A DNA stretch of 64,000 nt from Eledone cirrhosa (taxonomy: Eukaryota). The stretch is taken from the NCBI GenBank assembly GCA_964016885.1, contig OZ024744.1, forward strand, positions 17,546,001-17,610,000. The letters are read 5' to 3'. Below the pieces are notes generated by a model, which saw only the letters and a list, made by a program, of their open reading frames with translations, made no database searches and was not told the DNA's origin. Shown piece by piece: positions 1 to 16,700 of this stretch (position 1 is its first letter; the number at the start of each line of letters is the position of its first letter). Position numbers and translations under genes: made by a program.

Positions 1-2329
1 CACCATCAGATACTGACGACAGGTTGATACTCATTGCTGACTTGTACACCATCAGGTATTGACAGCAGGTTGATACTCATTGCTGACCTGTACACCATCA
101 GACATTGATCGCAGGTTGATACTCATTGCTGACCTGTACACCATCAGACATTGATGACAGGTTGATACTCATTGCTGACCTGTACACAATCAGACATTGA
201 CGGCAAGTTGATACTCATTGCTGACCTGTTCACCATCAGGTATTGACGGCAGGTTGATAATCATTGCTGACTTGTACACCATCAGATACTGACGACAGGT
301 TGATACTCATTGCAGCCCTGTACACCATCAAGTATTGACGGCAGGTTGATACTCATTGCTGACCTGTAAACCGTCAGACATTGACGGCAGGTTGGTACTC
401 ATTGCTGACCTATACACCATCAGACACTGACGGCAGGTTGATACTCATTGCTGACCTGTAGACCATCAGATACTGACGACAAGTTGATACTCATTGCTGA
501 CCTGTACACCATCAGACATTGACGACAGGTTGGTACTCATTGATGACCTGTAAACCATCAGATACTGACGACAGGTTGATACTCATTGCTGACCTGTACA
601 CCATCAGGTATTGACGACAGGTTGATACACATTGCTGACCTGTACACCATCAGACATTGACCACAGGTTGGTATTCATTGCTGACCTGTACAGCATCAGA
701 TACTGACGACAGGTTGATACTCATTGCTGATCTGTACACCATCAAACTCTGACGGCAGGTTGATACTCATTGCTGACCTGTAAACCATCAGACATTGACG
801 ACAGGTTGGTACAAATTGCTGACATTTACACCATCAGATACTGACGACAGGTTGATACTCATTGCTGACCTGTACACAATCAAGTATTGACGGCAGGTTC
901 ATACTCATTGCTGACCTGTACACCATCAGACATTGACGGCAGGTTGATACTCATTGCTGACCTGTACACCATCAGACATTGACGACAGGTTAATACTCAT
1001 TGCTGACCTGTACACCATCATACATTGACGACAGTTTGATACTCATTGCTGACCTGTACACCATCAGACATTGACGGCAGGTTGATACTCTTTGCTGACC
1101 TGTACACCATGAGATACTGACGATCGTTTGATAATCATTGCTGGCCTGTACACCATCAGGTATTGACGACAGGTTGATACTCATTGCTGACCTGTACACC
1201 ATCAGGTATTGACGGCAGGTTGATACACATTGTTGACCTGTACACCATCAGGTATTGACGACAGGTTGATACTCATTGCTGACCTGTACACCATAAGACA
1301 TTGACGACAGGTTGATACTCATTGCTGACCTGTACACCATCAGACATTGACGGCAGGTTGATACTCATTGCTGACATGTACACCATCATATATTGACGGC
1401 AGGTTGATATTCATTGCTGACTTGTACACCATCAGACATTGACGACAGGTTGATACTCATTGCTAACCTGTACACCATCAGACATTGACGACAGGTTGAT
1501 ACTCATTGCTGACCTGTACACTATCAGACATTGACGGCAGGTTGATACTCATTGCTGACCTGTACACCATCAGACATTGACGGCAGGTTGATACTCATTG
1601 CTAACCTGTACACCATCAGACATTGACGACAGGTTGATACTCATTGCTGACCTGTACACTATCAGACATTGACGGCAGGTTGATACTCATTGCTGACCTG
1701 TACACCATCAAACTCTGACGGCAGGTTGATACTCATAGTTGACCTGTACACCATCAAGTATTGACGACAGGTTGATACTCATTAGTGACCTGTACACCAT
1801 CAGGTATTGACGGCAGGTTGATACTCATTGCTGACCTGCACAACATCAGACATTGACGACAGGTTGATACTCATTGCTGACCTGTACACCATCAGATACT
1901 GACGACAGGTTGATACTCATTTCTGACCTGTACACCATCAGACATTGACGGCAGGTTGATACACATTGTTGACCTGTACACCATCAGACATTGACGGCAG
2001 GTTGATATCATTGCTGACCTGTACACCATCAGACATTGACGACAGGTTAATACTCATTGCTGACCTGTACACCATCAGATATTGACGACAGGTTGATACA
2101 CATTGCTGAACTGTACACCATCAGACATTGACGGCAGGTTGATACTCATTGCTGACCTGTACACTATCAGATACTGACGACAGGTTGATACACATTGCTG
2201 AACTGTACACCATCAGACATTGACGGCAGGTTGATACTCATTGCTGACCTGTACACCATCAGGTATTGACGACAGGTTGGTACTCATTGTTGACCTGTAC
2301 ACCATAAGATACTGACGACAAGTTGATAC

Positions 2330-4060
2330 TCATTGCTGACCTGTACACCATCAGATATTGACGACAGGTTGGTACTCATTGATGACCTGTAAACCATCAG
2401 ATACTGACGACAGGTTGATACTCATTGCTGACCTGTACACCATCAGGTATTGACGACAGGTTGATACACATTGCTGACCTGTACACCATCAGACATTGAC
2501 CACAGGTTGGTATTCATTGCTGACCTGTACAGCATCAGATACTGACGACAGGTTGATACTCATTGCTGATCTGTACACCATCAAACTCTGACGGCAGGTT
2601 GATACTCATTGCTGACCTGTAAACCATCAGACATTGACGGCAGGTTGGTATTCATTGCTGACCTATACACCATCAGACACTGACGGCAGGTTGATACTCA
2701 TTGCTGACCTGTACACCATCAGATACTGACGACAGGTTGATACTCATTGCTGACTTGTACACCATCAGGTATTGACAGCAGGTTGATACTCATTGCTGAC
2801 CTGTACACCATCAGACATTGATCGCAGGTTGATACTCATTGCTGACCTGTACACCATCAGACATTGATGACAGGTTGATACTCATTGCTGACCTGTACAC
2901 AATCAGACATTGACGGCAAGTTGATACTCATTGCTGACCTGTTCACCATCAGGTATTGACGGCAGGTTGATAATCATTGCTGACTTGTACACCATCAGAT
3001 ACTGACGACAGGTTGATACTCATTGCAGCCCTGTACACCATCAAGTATTGACGGCAGGTTGATACTCATTGCTGACCTGTAAACCGTCAGACATTGACGG
3101 CAGGTTGGTACTCATTGCTGACCTATACACCATCAGACACTGACGGCAGGTTGATACTCATTGCTGACCTGTAGACCATCAGATACTGACGACAAGTTGA
3201 TACTCATTGCTGACCTGTACACCATCAGACATTGACGACAGGTTGGTACTCATTGATGACCTGTAAACCATCAGATACTGACGACAGGTTGATACTCATT
3301 GCTGACCTGTACACCATCAGGTATTGACGACAGGTTGATACACATTGCTGACCTGTACACCATCAGACATTGACCACAGGTTGGTATTCATTGCTGACCT
3401 GTACAGCATCAGATACTGACGACAGGTTGATACTCATTGCTGATCTGTACACCATCAAACTCTGACGGCAGGTTGATACTCATTGCTGACCTGTAAACCA
3501 TCAGACATTGACGGCAGGTTGGTATTCATTGCTGACCTATACACCATCAGACACTGACGGCAGGTTGATACTCATTGCTGACCTGTACACCATCAGATAC
3601 TGACGACAGGTTGATACTCATTGCTGACTTGTACACCATCAGGTATTGACAGCAGGTTGATACTCATTGCTGACCTGTACACCATCAGACATTGATCGCA
3701 GGTTGATACTCATTGCTGACCTGTACACCATCAGACATTGATGACAGGTTGATACTCATTGCTGACCTGTACACAATCAGACATTGACGGCAAGTTGATA
3801 CTCATTGCTGACCTGTTCACCATCAGGTATTGACGGCAGGTTGATAATCATTGCTGACTTGTACACCATCAGATACTGACGACAGGTTGATACTCATTGC
3901 AGCCCTGTACACCATCAATTATTGACGGCAGGTTGATACTCATTGCTGACCTGTAAACCGTCAGACATTGACGGCAGGTTGGTACTCATTGCTGACCTAT
4001 ACACCATCAGACACTGACGGCAGGTTGATACTCATTGCTGACCTGTAGACCATCAGATAC
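2330..4060. repeat. 19-monomer (874 bp) higher-order tandem duplication, with a related copy at about 1-800
   Basis: Rare variants recur at 874-bp offset: GATCGCAGG at 2820/3694, AAACTCTGAC at about 2583/3457, GCAGCCC at about 3025/3899. The same markers occur at about 107, 744 and 312. Confidence 0.88.
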
Positions 4061-7000
4061 TGACGACAGGTTGATACTCATTGCTGACTTGTACACCATC
4101 AGGTATTGACAGCAGGTTGATACTCATTGCTGACCTGTACACCATCAGACATTGATCGCAGGTTGATACTCATTGCTGACCTGTACACCATCAGGTATTG
4201 ACGACATGTTGATACTCATTGCTGACCTGTACACCATCAGACATTGACGACAGGTTGGTACTCATTGCTGACCTATACACCATCAGATACTGACGACAGG
4301 TTGATACTCATTGCTGACCTGTACACAATCAAGTATTGACGGCAGGTTCATACTCATTGCTGACTTGTACACCATCAGACATTGACGGCAGGTTGATACT
4401 CATTGCTGACCTGTACACCATCAGACATTGACGGCAGGTTGATACTCTTTGCTGACCTGTAGACCATCAGATACTGACGATCGTTTGATAATCATTGCTG
4501 GCCTATACACCATCAGGTATTGTCGGCAGGTTGGTACTCATTGCTGATTTGTACACCATCAGGTATTGACGGCAGGTTGATACACATTGTTGACCTGTAC
4601 ACCATCAGGTATTGACGACATGTTGATACTCATTGATGACCTGTACACCATAAGACATTGACGACAGGTTGATACACATTGCTGACCTGTACACGATCAG
4701 AATTTGACGGCAGTTTGATACTCATTGCTGACCTGTACACCATCAGACATTGACGACAGGTTGATACTCATTGCTGACCTGTACACCATCAGACATTGAC
4801 GACAGGTTGATACTCATTGCTGACCTGTACACCATCAGACATTGACGGCAGGTTGATACTCATTGCTGACCTGTACACCATCAGACATTGACGACAGGTT
4901 GATACTCATTGCTGACCTGTACACCATCAGACATTGACGGCAGGTTGATTCTCATTGCTGACCTGTACACCATCAGACATTGACGGTAGGTTGATACTCA
5001 TTGCTGACCTGTACACCATCAGATACTGACGACAGGTTGATACTCATTGCTGACCTGTACACCATCAGACACTGACGGCAGGTTGATACACATTGCTGAC
5101 CTGTACACCCTCAGGTATTGACGACAGGTTGTTACTCATTGTTGACCTGTACACCATCAGATACTGACGACAAGTTGATACTCATTGCTGACCTGTACAC
5201 CATCAGATATTGATGACAGGTTGGTACTCATTGATGACCTGTACACCATCAGATACTGACGACAGGTTGATACTCATTGCTGACCTTTACACCATCAGTT
5301 ATTGACGACAAGTTGATACTCATTGCTGACCCGTACACCATCAGATATTGACAGCAGGTTGATACTCATTGCTGACCTGTACACCATCAGCCATTGACGG
5401 CAGGTTGATACTCATTGCAGACCTGTACACCATCAGACATTGACGGCAGGTTGATACTCATTGCTGACCTGTACACCATCAGACATTGACGGTAGGTTGA
5501 TACTCATTGCTGACCTGTACACCATCAGATACTGACGACAGGTTGATACTCATTGCTGACCTGTACACCATCAGACACTGACGGCAGGTTGATACACATT
5601 GTTGACCTGTACACCATCAGACATTGACGGCAGGTTGATAATCATTGCTGACCTGTACACCATCAGACATTGACGGCAGGTTGATACTCTTTGCTGACCT
5701 GTACACCATCAGATACTGACGATCGTTTGATAATCATTGCTGGCCTGTACACCATCAGGTATTGACGACAGGTTGGTTCTCATTGCTGACTTGTACACCA
5801 TCAGGTATTGACGGCAGGTTGATACACATTGTTGACCTGTACACCATCAGACATTGACGGCAGGTTGATACACATTGCTGACCTGTACACCATCAAGTAT
5901 TGACGACAGGTTGATATCATTGCTAACCTGTACACCATCAGACATTGACGACAGGTTGATACTCATTGCTGACCTGTACACCATCAGATACTGACGACAG
6001 GTTGATACTCATTGCTGACCTGTACACCATCAGACATTGACGGCAGGTTGATACTCATTGCTTACATATACACCATCAGACATTGACAGCAGGTTGATAC
6101 TCATTGTTGACCAGTACACCATCAGATATTGACGACAGGTTGACACTCATTAGTGACCTGTACACCATCAGGTATTGACGGCAGGTGGATACTCATTGCT
6201 GACCTGTACACGATCAGATACTGACGGCAGGTTGATACTCATTGCTGACCTGTACACCATCAGACATTGACGGCAGGTTGATACTCATTGCTGACTTGTA
6301 CACCATCAGTTATTGACGACAAGTTGATACTCATTGCTGACCTGTACACCATCAGATATTGACAGCAGGTTGATACTCATTGCTGACCTGTACACCATCA
6401 GACATTGACGGCAGGTTGATACTCATTGCTGACCTGTACACCATCAGTTATTGACGATAGGTTGATACTCATTGCTGACCTGTACACCATCAGACATTGA
6501 CGGCAGGTTGATACTCATTGCTGACCTGTACACCATCAGACATTGACGGTAGGTTGATACTCATTGCTGACCTGTACACCATCAGATACTGACGACAGGT
6601 TGATACTCATTGCTGACCTGTACACCATCAGACACTGACGGCAGGTTGATACTCATTGCTGACCTGTACACCATCAGACATTGACGGCAGATTGATACTC
6701 ATTGCTGACCTGTACACCATCAGTTATTGACGACAAGTTGATACTCATTGTTGACCTGTACACCATCAGACATTGATGACAGGTTGATACTCATTGCTGA
6801 CCTGTACACGATCAGAATTTGACGGCAGTTTGATACTCATTGCTGACCTGTACACCATCAGACATTGACGACAGGTTGATACTCATTGCTGACCTGTACA
6901 CCATCAGATACTGACGACAAGTTGATACTCATTGCTCACCTGTACACCATCAGGCATTGACGGCAGGTTGATACTCATTGCTGACCTGTACACCATCAGG

Positions 7001-9119
7001 CATTGAAGACAGGGTGATACTCATTGCTGACCTCTACACCATCAGGTATCGACGACAGGTTGATACTCATTGCTGACCTGTACACCATCAGACGTTGACG
7101 GCAGGTTGATTCTCATTGCTGACCTGTACACCATCAGATACTGTCGACAGGTTGATTCTCATTGCTGACCTGTACACCATCAGATACTGACGACAGGTTG
7201 ATACACATTGCTGACCTGTACACCCTCAGGTATTGACGACAGGTTGTTACACATTGTTGACCTGTACACCATCAGATACTGACGACAAGTTGATACTCAT
7301 TGCTGACCTGTACACCATCAGATATTGATGACAGGTTGGTACTCATTGATGACCTGTACACCATCAGATACTGACGACAGGTTGATACTCATTGCTGACC
7401 TTTACACCATCAGGTATTGACGACAGGTTGATACTCATTGCTGACCTGTACACCATCAGGTATTGACGACAGGTTGATACTCATTGCTGACCTGTACACC
7501 ATCAGACATTGACGACAGGTTGATTCTCATTGCTGACCTGTACACCATCAGATACTGTCGACAGGTTGATACTCATTGCTGACCTGTACACCATCAGATA
7601 CTGACGACAGGTTGATACACATTGCTGACCTGTACACCATCAGACATTGACCACAGGTTGGTACTCATTGCTGACCTGTACACCATAAGACATTGACGAC
7701 ATGTTGATACTCATTGCTAACCTGTTCACCATCAGACATTGACGACAGGTTGATACTCATTGCTGACCTGTACACCATCAGAAACTGACGGCAGGTTGAT
7801 ACACATTGTTGACCTGTACACCATCAGACATTGACGGCAGGTTGATACTCATTGCTGACCTGTACACCATCAGACATTGACGGCAGGTTGATACTCTTTG
7901 CTGACCTGTACACCATCAGATACTGACGATCGTTTGATAATCATTGCTGACCTGTACACCATCAGGTATTGACGACAGGTTGGTACTCATTGCTGACTTG
8001 TACACCATCAGGTATTGACAGCAGGTTGATACTCATTGCTGACCTGTACACCATCAGGTATTAACGACAGGTTGATATCATTGCTAACCTGTACACCATC
8101 AGACATTGACGACAGGTTGATACTCATTGCTGACCTGTACACCATCAGACATTGACGGCAGGTTGATACACATTGCTGACCTGTACACCATCAGGTATTG
8201 ACGACAGGTTGATATCATTGCTAACCTGTACACCATCAGACATTGACGACAGGTTGATACTCATTGCTGACCTGTACACCATCAGATACTGACGACAGGT
8301 TGATACTCATTGCTGACCTGTACACCATCAGACATTGACGGCAGGTTGATACTCATTGCTTACATATACACCATCAGACATTGACAGCAGGTTGATACTC
8401 ATTGTTGACCAGTACACCATCAGATATTGACGACAGGTTGACACTCATTAGTGACCTGTACACCATCAGGTATTGACGGCAGGTGGATACTCATTGCTGA
8501 CCTGTACACGATCAGATACTGACGGCAGGTTGATACTCATTGCTGACCTGTACACCATCAGACATTGACGACAGGTTGATACTCATTGCTGACCTGTACA
8601 CCATCAGACATTGAGGATAGGTTGATCCTCATTGCTGACCTGTACACCATCAGATATTGACGACATGTTGATACTCATTGCTGACCTGTACACCATCAGA
8701 CATTGACGGCAGGTTGATACTCATTGCTGACCTGTACACCATCAGATACTGACGACAGGTTGATACTCATTGCTGACCTGTACACCATCAGACATTGACG
8801 GCAGGTTGATACTCATTGCTGACCTGTACACCATCAGACATTGACGGCAGGTTGATACTCATTGCTGACCTGTACACCATCAGTTATTGACGATAGGTTG
8901 ATACTCATTGCTGACCTGTACACCATCAGACATTGACGGCAGGTTGATACTCATTGCTGACCTGTACACCATCAGACATTGACGGTAGGTTGATACTCAT
9001 TGCTGACCTGTACACCATCAGATACTGACGACAGGTTGATACTCATTGCTGACCTGTACACCATCAGACACTGACGGCAGGTTGATACTCATTGCTGACC
9101 TTTACACCATCAGACATTG

Positions 9120-12100
9120 ACGGCAGGTTGATACTCATTGCTGACCTGTACACCATCAGTTATTGACGACAAGTTGATACTCATTGTTGACCTGTACACC
9201 ATCAGACATTGATGACAGGTTGATACTCATTGCTGACCTGTACACGATCAGAATTTGACGGCAGTTTGATACTCATTGCTGACCTGTACACCATCAGACA
9301 TTGACGACAGGTTGATACTCATTGCTGACCTGTACACCATCAGATACTGACGACAAGTTGATACTCATTGCTCACCTGTACACCATCAGGCATTGACGGC
9401 AGGTTGATACTCATTGCTGACCTGTACACCATCAGGCATTGAAGACAGGGTGATACTCATTGCTGACCTCTACACCATCAGGTATTGACGACAGGTTGAT
9501 ACTCATTGCTGACCTGTACACCATCAGACGTTGACGGCAGGTTGATTCTCATTGCTGACCTGTACACCATCAGATACTGTCGACAGGTTGATACTCATTG
9601 CTGACCTGTACAGCATCAGATACTTACGACAGGTTGATACACATTGCTGACCTGTACACCCTCAGGTATTGACGACAGGTTGTTACACATTGTTGACCTG
9701 TACACCATCAGATACTGACGACAAGTTGATACTCATTGCTGACCTGTACACCATCAGATATTGATGACAGGTTGGTACTCATTGATGACCTGTACACCAT
9801 CAGATACTGACGACAGGTTGATACTCATTGCTGACCTGTACACCATCAGGTATTGACGACAGGTTGATACTCATTGCTGACCTGTACACCATCAGGTATT
9901 GACAGCAGGTTGATACTCATTGCTGACCTGTACACCATCAGATACTGACGACAGGTTGATACACATTGCTGACCTGTACACCATCAGACATTGACCACAG
10001 GTTGGTATTCATTGCTGACCTGTACACCATCAAACACTGACGGCAGGTTGATACTCATTGCTGACCTGTGCACCATCAGACATTGATGACAGGTTGATGC
10101 TCATTGCTGACCTGTACACCATCAGACATTGACGACAGGTTGATACTCATTGCTGACCTGTACACCATCAGGTATTGACAGCAGGTTGATACTCATTGCT
10201 GACCTGTACACCATCAGACATTGACGGCAGGTTGATACTCATTGCTGAAATTTACACCATCAGGTATTGACGGCAGGTTGATACTCATTGCTGACCTGTA
10301 CACCAACATATATTGACGGCAGGTTGATACTCATTGCTGAAGTGTACACCATCAGACATTGACGACAGGTTGATACTCATTGCTGATCTGTACACCATCA
10401 GATTTTGATGACAGGTTGATACTCATTGCTGACTTGTACACCATCAGACATTGACGGCAGGTTGATACTCATTGCTGACCTGTACACCATCAGTTATTGA
10501 CGACAAGTTGATACTCATTGTTGACCTGTACACCATCAGACATTGATGACAGGTTGATACTCATTGCTGACCTTACACCATTAGGTATTGACGGCAGGTT
10601 GATACTCATTGCTGACCTGTACACCATCAGACATTGACGGCAGGTTGATACTCATTGCTGACCTGTACACCATCAGATACTGACTACAGGTTGATACTCA
10701 TTGCTGACCTGTACACCATCAGATACTGACGACAGGTTGATACTCATTGCTGACCTGTACACCATCAGGTATTGACGACAGGTTGATACACATTGCTGAC
10801 CTGTACACCATCAGACATTGACCACAGGTTGGTATTCATTGCTGACCTGTACACCATCAGATACTGACGACAGGTTGAAACTCATTGTTGCCCTGTACAC
10901 CATCAAGTATTGACGGCAGGTTGATACTCATTGCTGACCTGTACACCATCAGACATTGACGGCAGGTTGGTACTCACTGCTGACCTGTACACCATCAGAC
11001 ACTGACGGCAGGTTGATACACATTGCTGACCTGTACACCATCAGATACTGACGACAGGTTGATACTCATTGCTGACCTGTACACCATCAGACATTGATGA
11101 CAGGTTAATACACATTGCAGACCTGTACACCATCAGACATTGACGACATGTTGATACTCATTGCTGACCTGTACACCATCAGACATTGACAGCAGGTTGA
11201 TACTCATTGCTGACCTGTACACCATCAGACACTGACGGCAGGTTGATACTCATTGCTGACTTGTACACCATCAGACATTGACGGCAGGTTGATACTCATT
11301 GCTGACCTGTACACCATCAGTTATTGACGACAAGTTGATACTCATTGTTGACCTGTACACCATCAGACATTGATGACAGGTTGATACTCATTGCTGACCT
11401 GTACACCATCAGAATTTGACGGCAGTTTGATACTCATTGCTGACCTGTACACCATCAGACATTGACGACAGGTTGATACTCATTGCTGACCTGTACACCA
11501 TCAGATACTGACGACAAGTTGATACTCATTGCTCACCTGTACACCATCAGGCATTGACGGCAGGTTGATACTCATTGCTGACCTGTACACCATCAGGCAT
11601 TGAAGACAGGGTGATACTCATTGCTGACCTCTACACCATCAGGTATTGACGACAGGTTGATACTCATTGCTGACCTGTACACCATCAGACGTTGACGGCA
11701 GGTTGATTCTCATTGCTGACCTGTACACCATCAGATACTGTCGACAGGTTGATACTCATTGCTGACCTGTACAGCATCAGATACTTACGACAGGTTGATA
11801 CACATTGCTGACCTGTACACCCTCAGGTATTGACGACAGGTTGTTACACATTGTTGACCTGTACACCATCAGATACTGACGACAAGTTGATACTCATTGC
11901 TGACCTGTACACCATCAGATATTGATGACAGGTTGGTACTCATTGATGACCTGTACACCATCAGATACTGACGACAGGTTGATACTCATTGCTGACCTGT
12001 ACACCATCAGGTATTGACGACAGGTTGATACTCATTGCTGACCTGTACACCATCAGGTATTGACAGCAGGTTGATACTCATTGCTGACCTGTACACCATC

Positions 12101-13720
12101 AGATACTGACGACAGGTTGATACACATTGCTGACCTGTACACCATCAGACATTGACCACAGGTTGGTATTCATTGCTGACCTGTACACCATCAAACACTG
12201 ACGGCAGGTTGATACTCATTGCTGACCTGTACACCATCAGACATTGATGACAGGTTGATGCTCATTGCTGACCTGTACACCATCAGACATTGACGACAGG
12301 TTGATACTCATTGCTGACCTGTACACCATCAGGTATTGACAGCAGGTTGATACTCATTGCTGACCTGTACACCATCAGACATTGACGGCAGGTTGATACT
12401 CATTGCTGAAATTTACACCATCAGGTATTGACGGCAGGTTGATACTCATTGCTGACCTGTACACCAACATATATTGACGGCAGGTTGATACTCATTGCTG
12501 AAGTGTACACCAGCAGACATTGACGACAGGTTGATACTCATTGCTGATCTGTACACCATCAGATTTTGATGACAGGTTGATACTCATTGCTGACTTGTAC
12601 ACCATCAGACATTGACGGCAGGTTGATACTCATTGCTGACCTGTACACCATCAGTTATTGACGACAAGTTGATACTCATTGTTGACCTGTACACCATCAG
12701 ACATTGATGACAGGTTGATACTCATTGCTGACCTTACACCATTAGGTATTGACGGCAGGTTGATACTCATTGCTGACCTGTACACCATCAGACATTGACG
12801 GCAGGTTGATACTCATTGCTGACCTGTACACCATCAGATACTGACTACAGGTTGATACTCATTGCTGACCTGTACACCATCAGATACTGACGACAGGTTG
12901 ATACTCATTGCTGACCTGTACACCATCAGGTATTGACGACAGGTTGATACACATTGCTGACCTGTACACCATCAGACATTGACCACAGGTTGGTATTCAT
13001 TGCTGACCTGTACACCATCAGATACTGACGACAGGTTGAAACTCATTGTTGCCCTGTACACCATCAAGTATTGACGGCAGGTTGATACTCATTGCTGACC
13101 TGTACACCATCAGACATTGACGGCAGGTTGGTACTCACTGCTGACCTGTACACCATCAGACACTGACGGCAGGTTGATACACATTGCTGACCTGTACACC
13201 ATCAGATACTGACGACAGGTTGATACTCATTGCTGACCTGTACACCATCAGACATTGATGACAGGTTAATACACATTGCAGACCTGTACACCATCAGACA
13301 TTGACGACATGTTGATACTCATTGCTGACCTGTACACCATCAGACATTGACAGCAGGTTGATACTCATTGCTGACCTGTACACCATCAGACACTGACGGC
13401 AGGTTGATACTCATTGCTGACTTGTACACCATCAGACATTGACGGCAGGTTGATACTCATTGCTGACCTGTACACCATCAGTTATTGACGACAAGTTGAT
13501 ACTCATTGTTGACCTGTACACCATCAGACATTGATGACAGGTTGATACTCATTGCTGACCTGTACACCATCAGAATTTGACGGCAGTTTGATACTCATTG
13601 CTGACCTGTACACCATCAGACATTGACGACAGGTTGATACTCATTGCTGACCTGTACACCATCAGATACTGACGACAAGTTGATACTCATTTCTCACCTG
13701 TACACCATCAGGCATTGACG
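9120..13720. repeat. 47-monomer (2161 bp) higher-order tandem duplication
   Basis: GAAGACAGGG at 9441/11602 and GAAATTTAC at 10247/12408. The offset 2161 equals 47x46 minus the single-base deletion in CCTTACACC. Confidence 0.88.
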
Positions 13721-16700
13721 GCAGGTTGATACTCATTGCTGACCTCTACACCATCAGGTATTGACGACAGGTTGATACTCATTGCTGACCTGTACACCAT
13801 CAGACATTGACGGCAGGTTGATTCTCATTGCTGACCTGTACACCATCAGATACTGTCGACAGGTTGATACTCATTGCTGACCTGTACACCATCAGATACT
13901 GACGACAGGTTGATACACATTGCTGACCTGTACACCCTCAGGTATTGACGACAGGTTGTTACTCATTGTTGACCTGTACACCATCAGATACTGACGACAA
14001 GTTGATACTCATTGCTGACCTGTACACCATCAGATATTGATGACAGGTTGGTACTCATTGATGACCTGTACACCATCAGACATTGACGGCAGGTTGATAC
14101 TCATTGCTTACATATACACCATCAGACATTGACAGCAGGTTGATACTCATTGTTGACCAGTACACCATCAGATATTGACGACAGGTTGACACTCATTAGT
14201 GACCTGTACACCATCAGGTATTGACGGCAGGTGGATACTCATTGCTGACCTGTACACGATCAGATACTGACGGCAGGTTGATACTCATTGCTGACCTGTA
14301 CACCATCAGACATTGACGACAGGTTGATACTCATTGCTGACCTGTACACCATCAGACATTGAGGATAGGTTGATCCTCATTGCTGACCTGTACACCATCA
14401 GATATTGACGACATGTTGATACTCATTGCTGACCTGTACACCATCAGACATTGACGGCAGGTTGATACTCATTGCTGACCTGTACACCATCAGATACTGA
14501 CGACAGGTTGATACTCATTGCTGACCTGTACACCATCAGACATTGACGGCAGGTTGATACTCATTGCTGACCTGTACACCATCAGACATTGACGGCAGGT
14601 TGATACTCATTGCTGACCTGTACACCATCAGTTATTGACGATAGGTTGATACTCATTGCTGACCTGTACACCATCAGACATTGACGGCAGGTTGATACTC
14701 ATTGCTGACCTGTACACCATCAGACATTGACGGTAGATTGATACTCATTGCTGACCTGTACACCATCAGATACTGACGACAGGTTGATACTCATTGCTGA
14801 CCTGTACACCATCAGACACTGACGGCAGGTTGATACTCATTGCTGACCTGTACACCATCAGACATTGACGGCAGGTTGATACTCATTGCTGACCTGTACA
14901 CCATCAGTTATTGACGACAAGTTGATACTCATTGTTGACCTGTACACCATCAGACATTGATGACAGGTTGATACTCATTGCTGACCTGTACACGATCAGA
15001 ATTTGACGGCAGTTTGATACTCATTGCTGACCTGTACACCATCAGACATTGACGACAGGTTGATACTCATTGCTGACCTGTACACCATCAGATACTGACG
15101 ACAAGTTGATACTCATTGCTCACCTGTACACCATCAGGCATTGACGGCAGGTTGATACTCATTGCTGACCTGTACACCATCAGGCATTGAAGACAGGGTG
15201 ATACTCATTGCTGACCTCTACACCATCAGGTATTGACGACAGGTTGATACTCATTGCTGACCTGTACACCATCAGACGTTGACGGCAGGTTGATTCTCAT
15301 TGCTGACCTGTACACCATCAGATACTGTCGACAGGTTGATACTCATTGCTGACCTGTACAGCATCAGATACTTACGACAGGTTGATACACATTGCTGACC
15401 TGTACACCCTCAGGTATTGACGACAGGTTGTTACACATTGTTGACCTGTACACCATCAGATACTGACGACAAGTTGATACTCATTGCTGACCTGTACACC
15501 ATCAGATATTGATGACAGGTTGGTACTCATTGATGACCTGTACACCATCAGATACTGACGACAGGTTGATACTCATTGCTGACCTTTACACCATCAGGTA
15601 TTGACGACAGGTTGATACTCATTGCTGACCTGTACACCATCAGGTATTGACGACAGGTTGATACTCATTGCTGACCTGTACACCATCAGATACTGTCGAC
15701 AGGTTGATTCTCATTGCTGACCTGTACACCATCAGACATTGACGGCAGGTTGATTCTCATTGCTGACCTGTACACCATCAGATACTGTCGACAGGTTGAT
15801 ACTCATTGCTGACCTGTACACCATCAGATACTGACGACAGGTTGATACACATTGCTGACCTGTACACCATCAGACATTGACCACAGGTTGGTATTCGTTG
15901 CTGACCTGTACACCATCAAACACTGACGGCAGGTTGATACTCATTGCTGACCTGTACACCATCAGATACTGACGACAGGTTGATACTCATTGCTGACCTG
16001 TACACCATCAGACATTGATGACAGGTTGATGCTCATTGCTGACCTGTACACCATCAGACATTGACGACAGGTTGATACTCATTGCTGACCTGTACACCAT
16101 CAGGTATTGACAGCAGGTTGATACTCATTGCTGACCTGTACACCATCAGACATTGACGGCAGGTTGATACTCATTGCTGAAATTTACACCATCAGGTATT
16201 GACGGCAGGTTGATACTCATTGCTGACCTGTACACCAACATATATTGACGGCAGGTTGATACTCATTGCTGAAGTGTACACCATCAGACATTGACGACAG
16301 GTTGATACTCATTGCTGATCTGTACACCATCAGATTTTGATGACAGGTTGATACTCATTGCTGACCTGTACACCATCAGACATTGACGTTAGGTTGATAC
16401 TCATTGCTGACATGTACACCATCAGATATTGATGTCAGGTTGATACTCATTGCTGACCTTACACCATTAGGTATTGACGGCAGGTTGATACTCATTGCTG
16501 ACCTGTACACCATCAGACATTGACGGCAGGTTGATACTCATTGCTGACCTGTACACCATCAGATACTGACGACAGGTTGATACTCATTGCTGACCTGTAC
16601 ACCATCAGGTATTGACGACAGGTTGATACTCATTGCTGACCTGTACACCATCAGGTATTGACGACAGGTTGATACACATTGCTGACCTGTACACCATCAG

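Noticed and set aside
990-1202. 70-aa minus-strand ORF (MVYRSAMSINL...)
   Set aside because: It is a translation of the satellite reverse complement, cycling through the three frames of the 46-bp unit. It is open only because chance variants removed stop codons, and there is no gene context.
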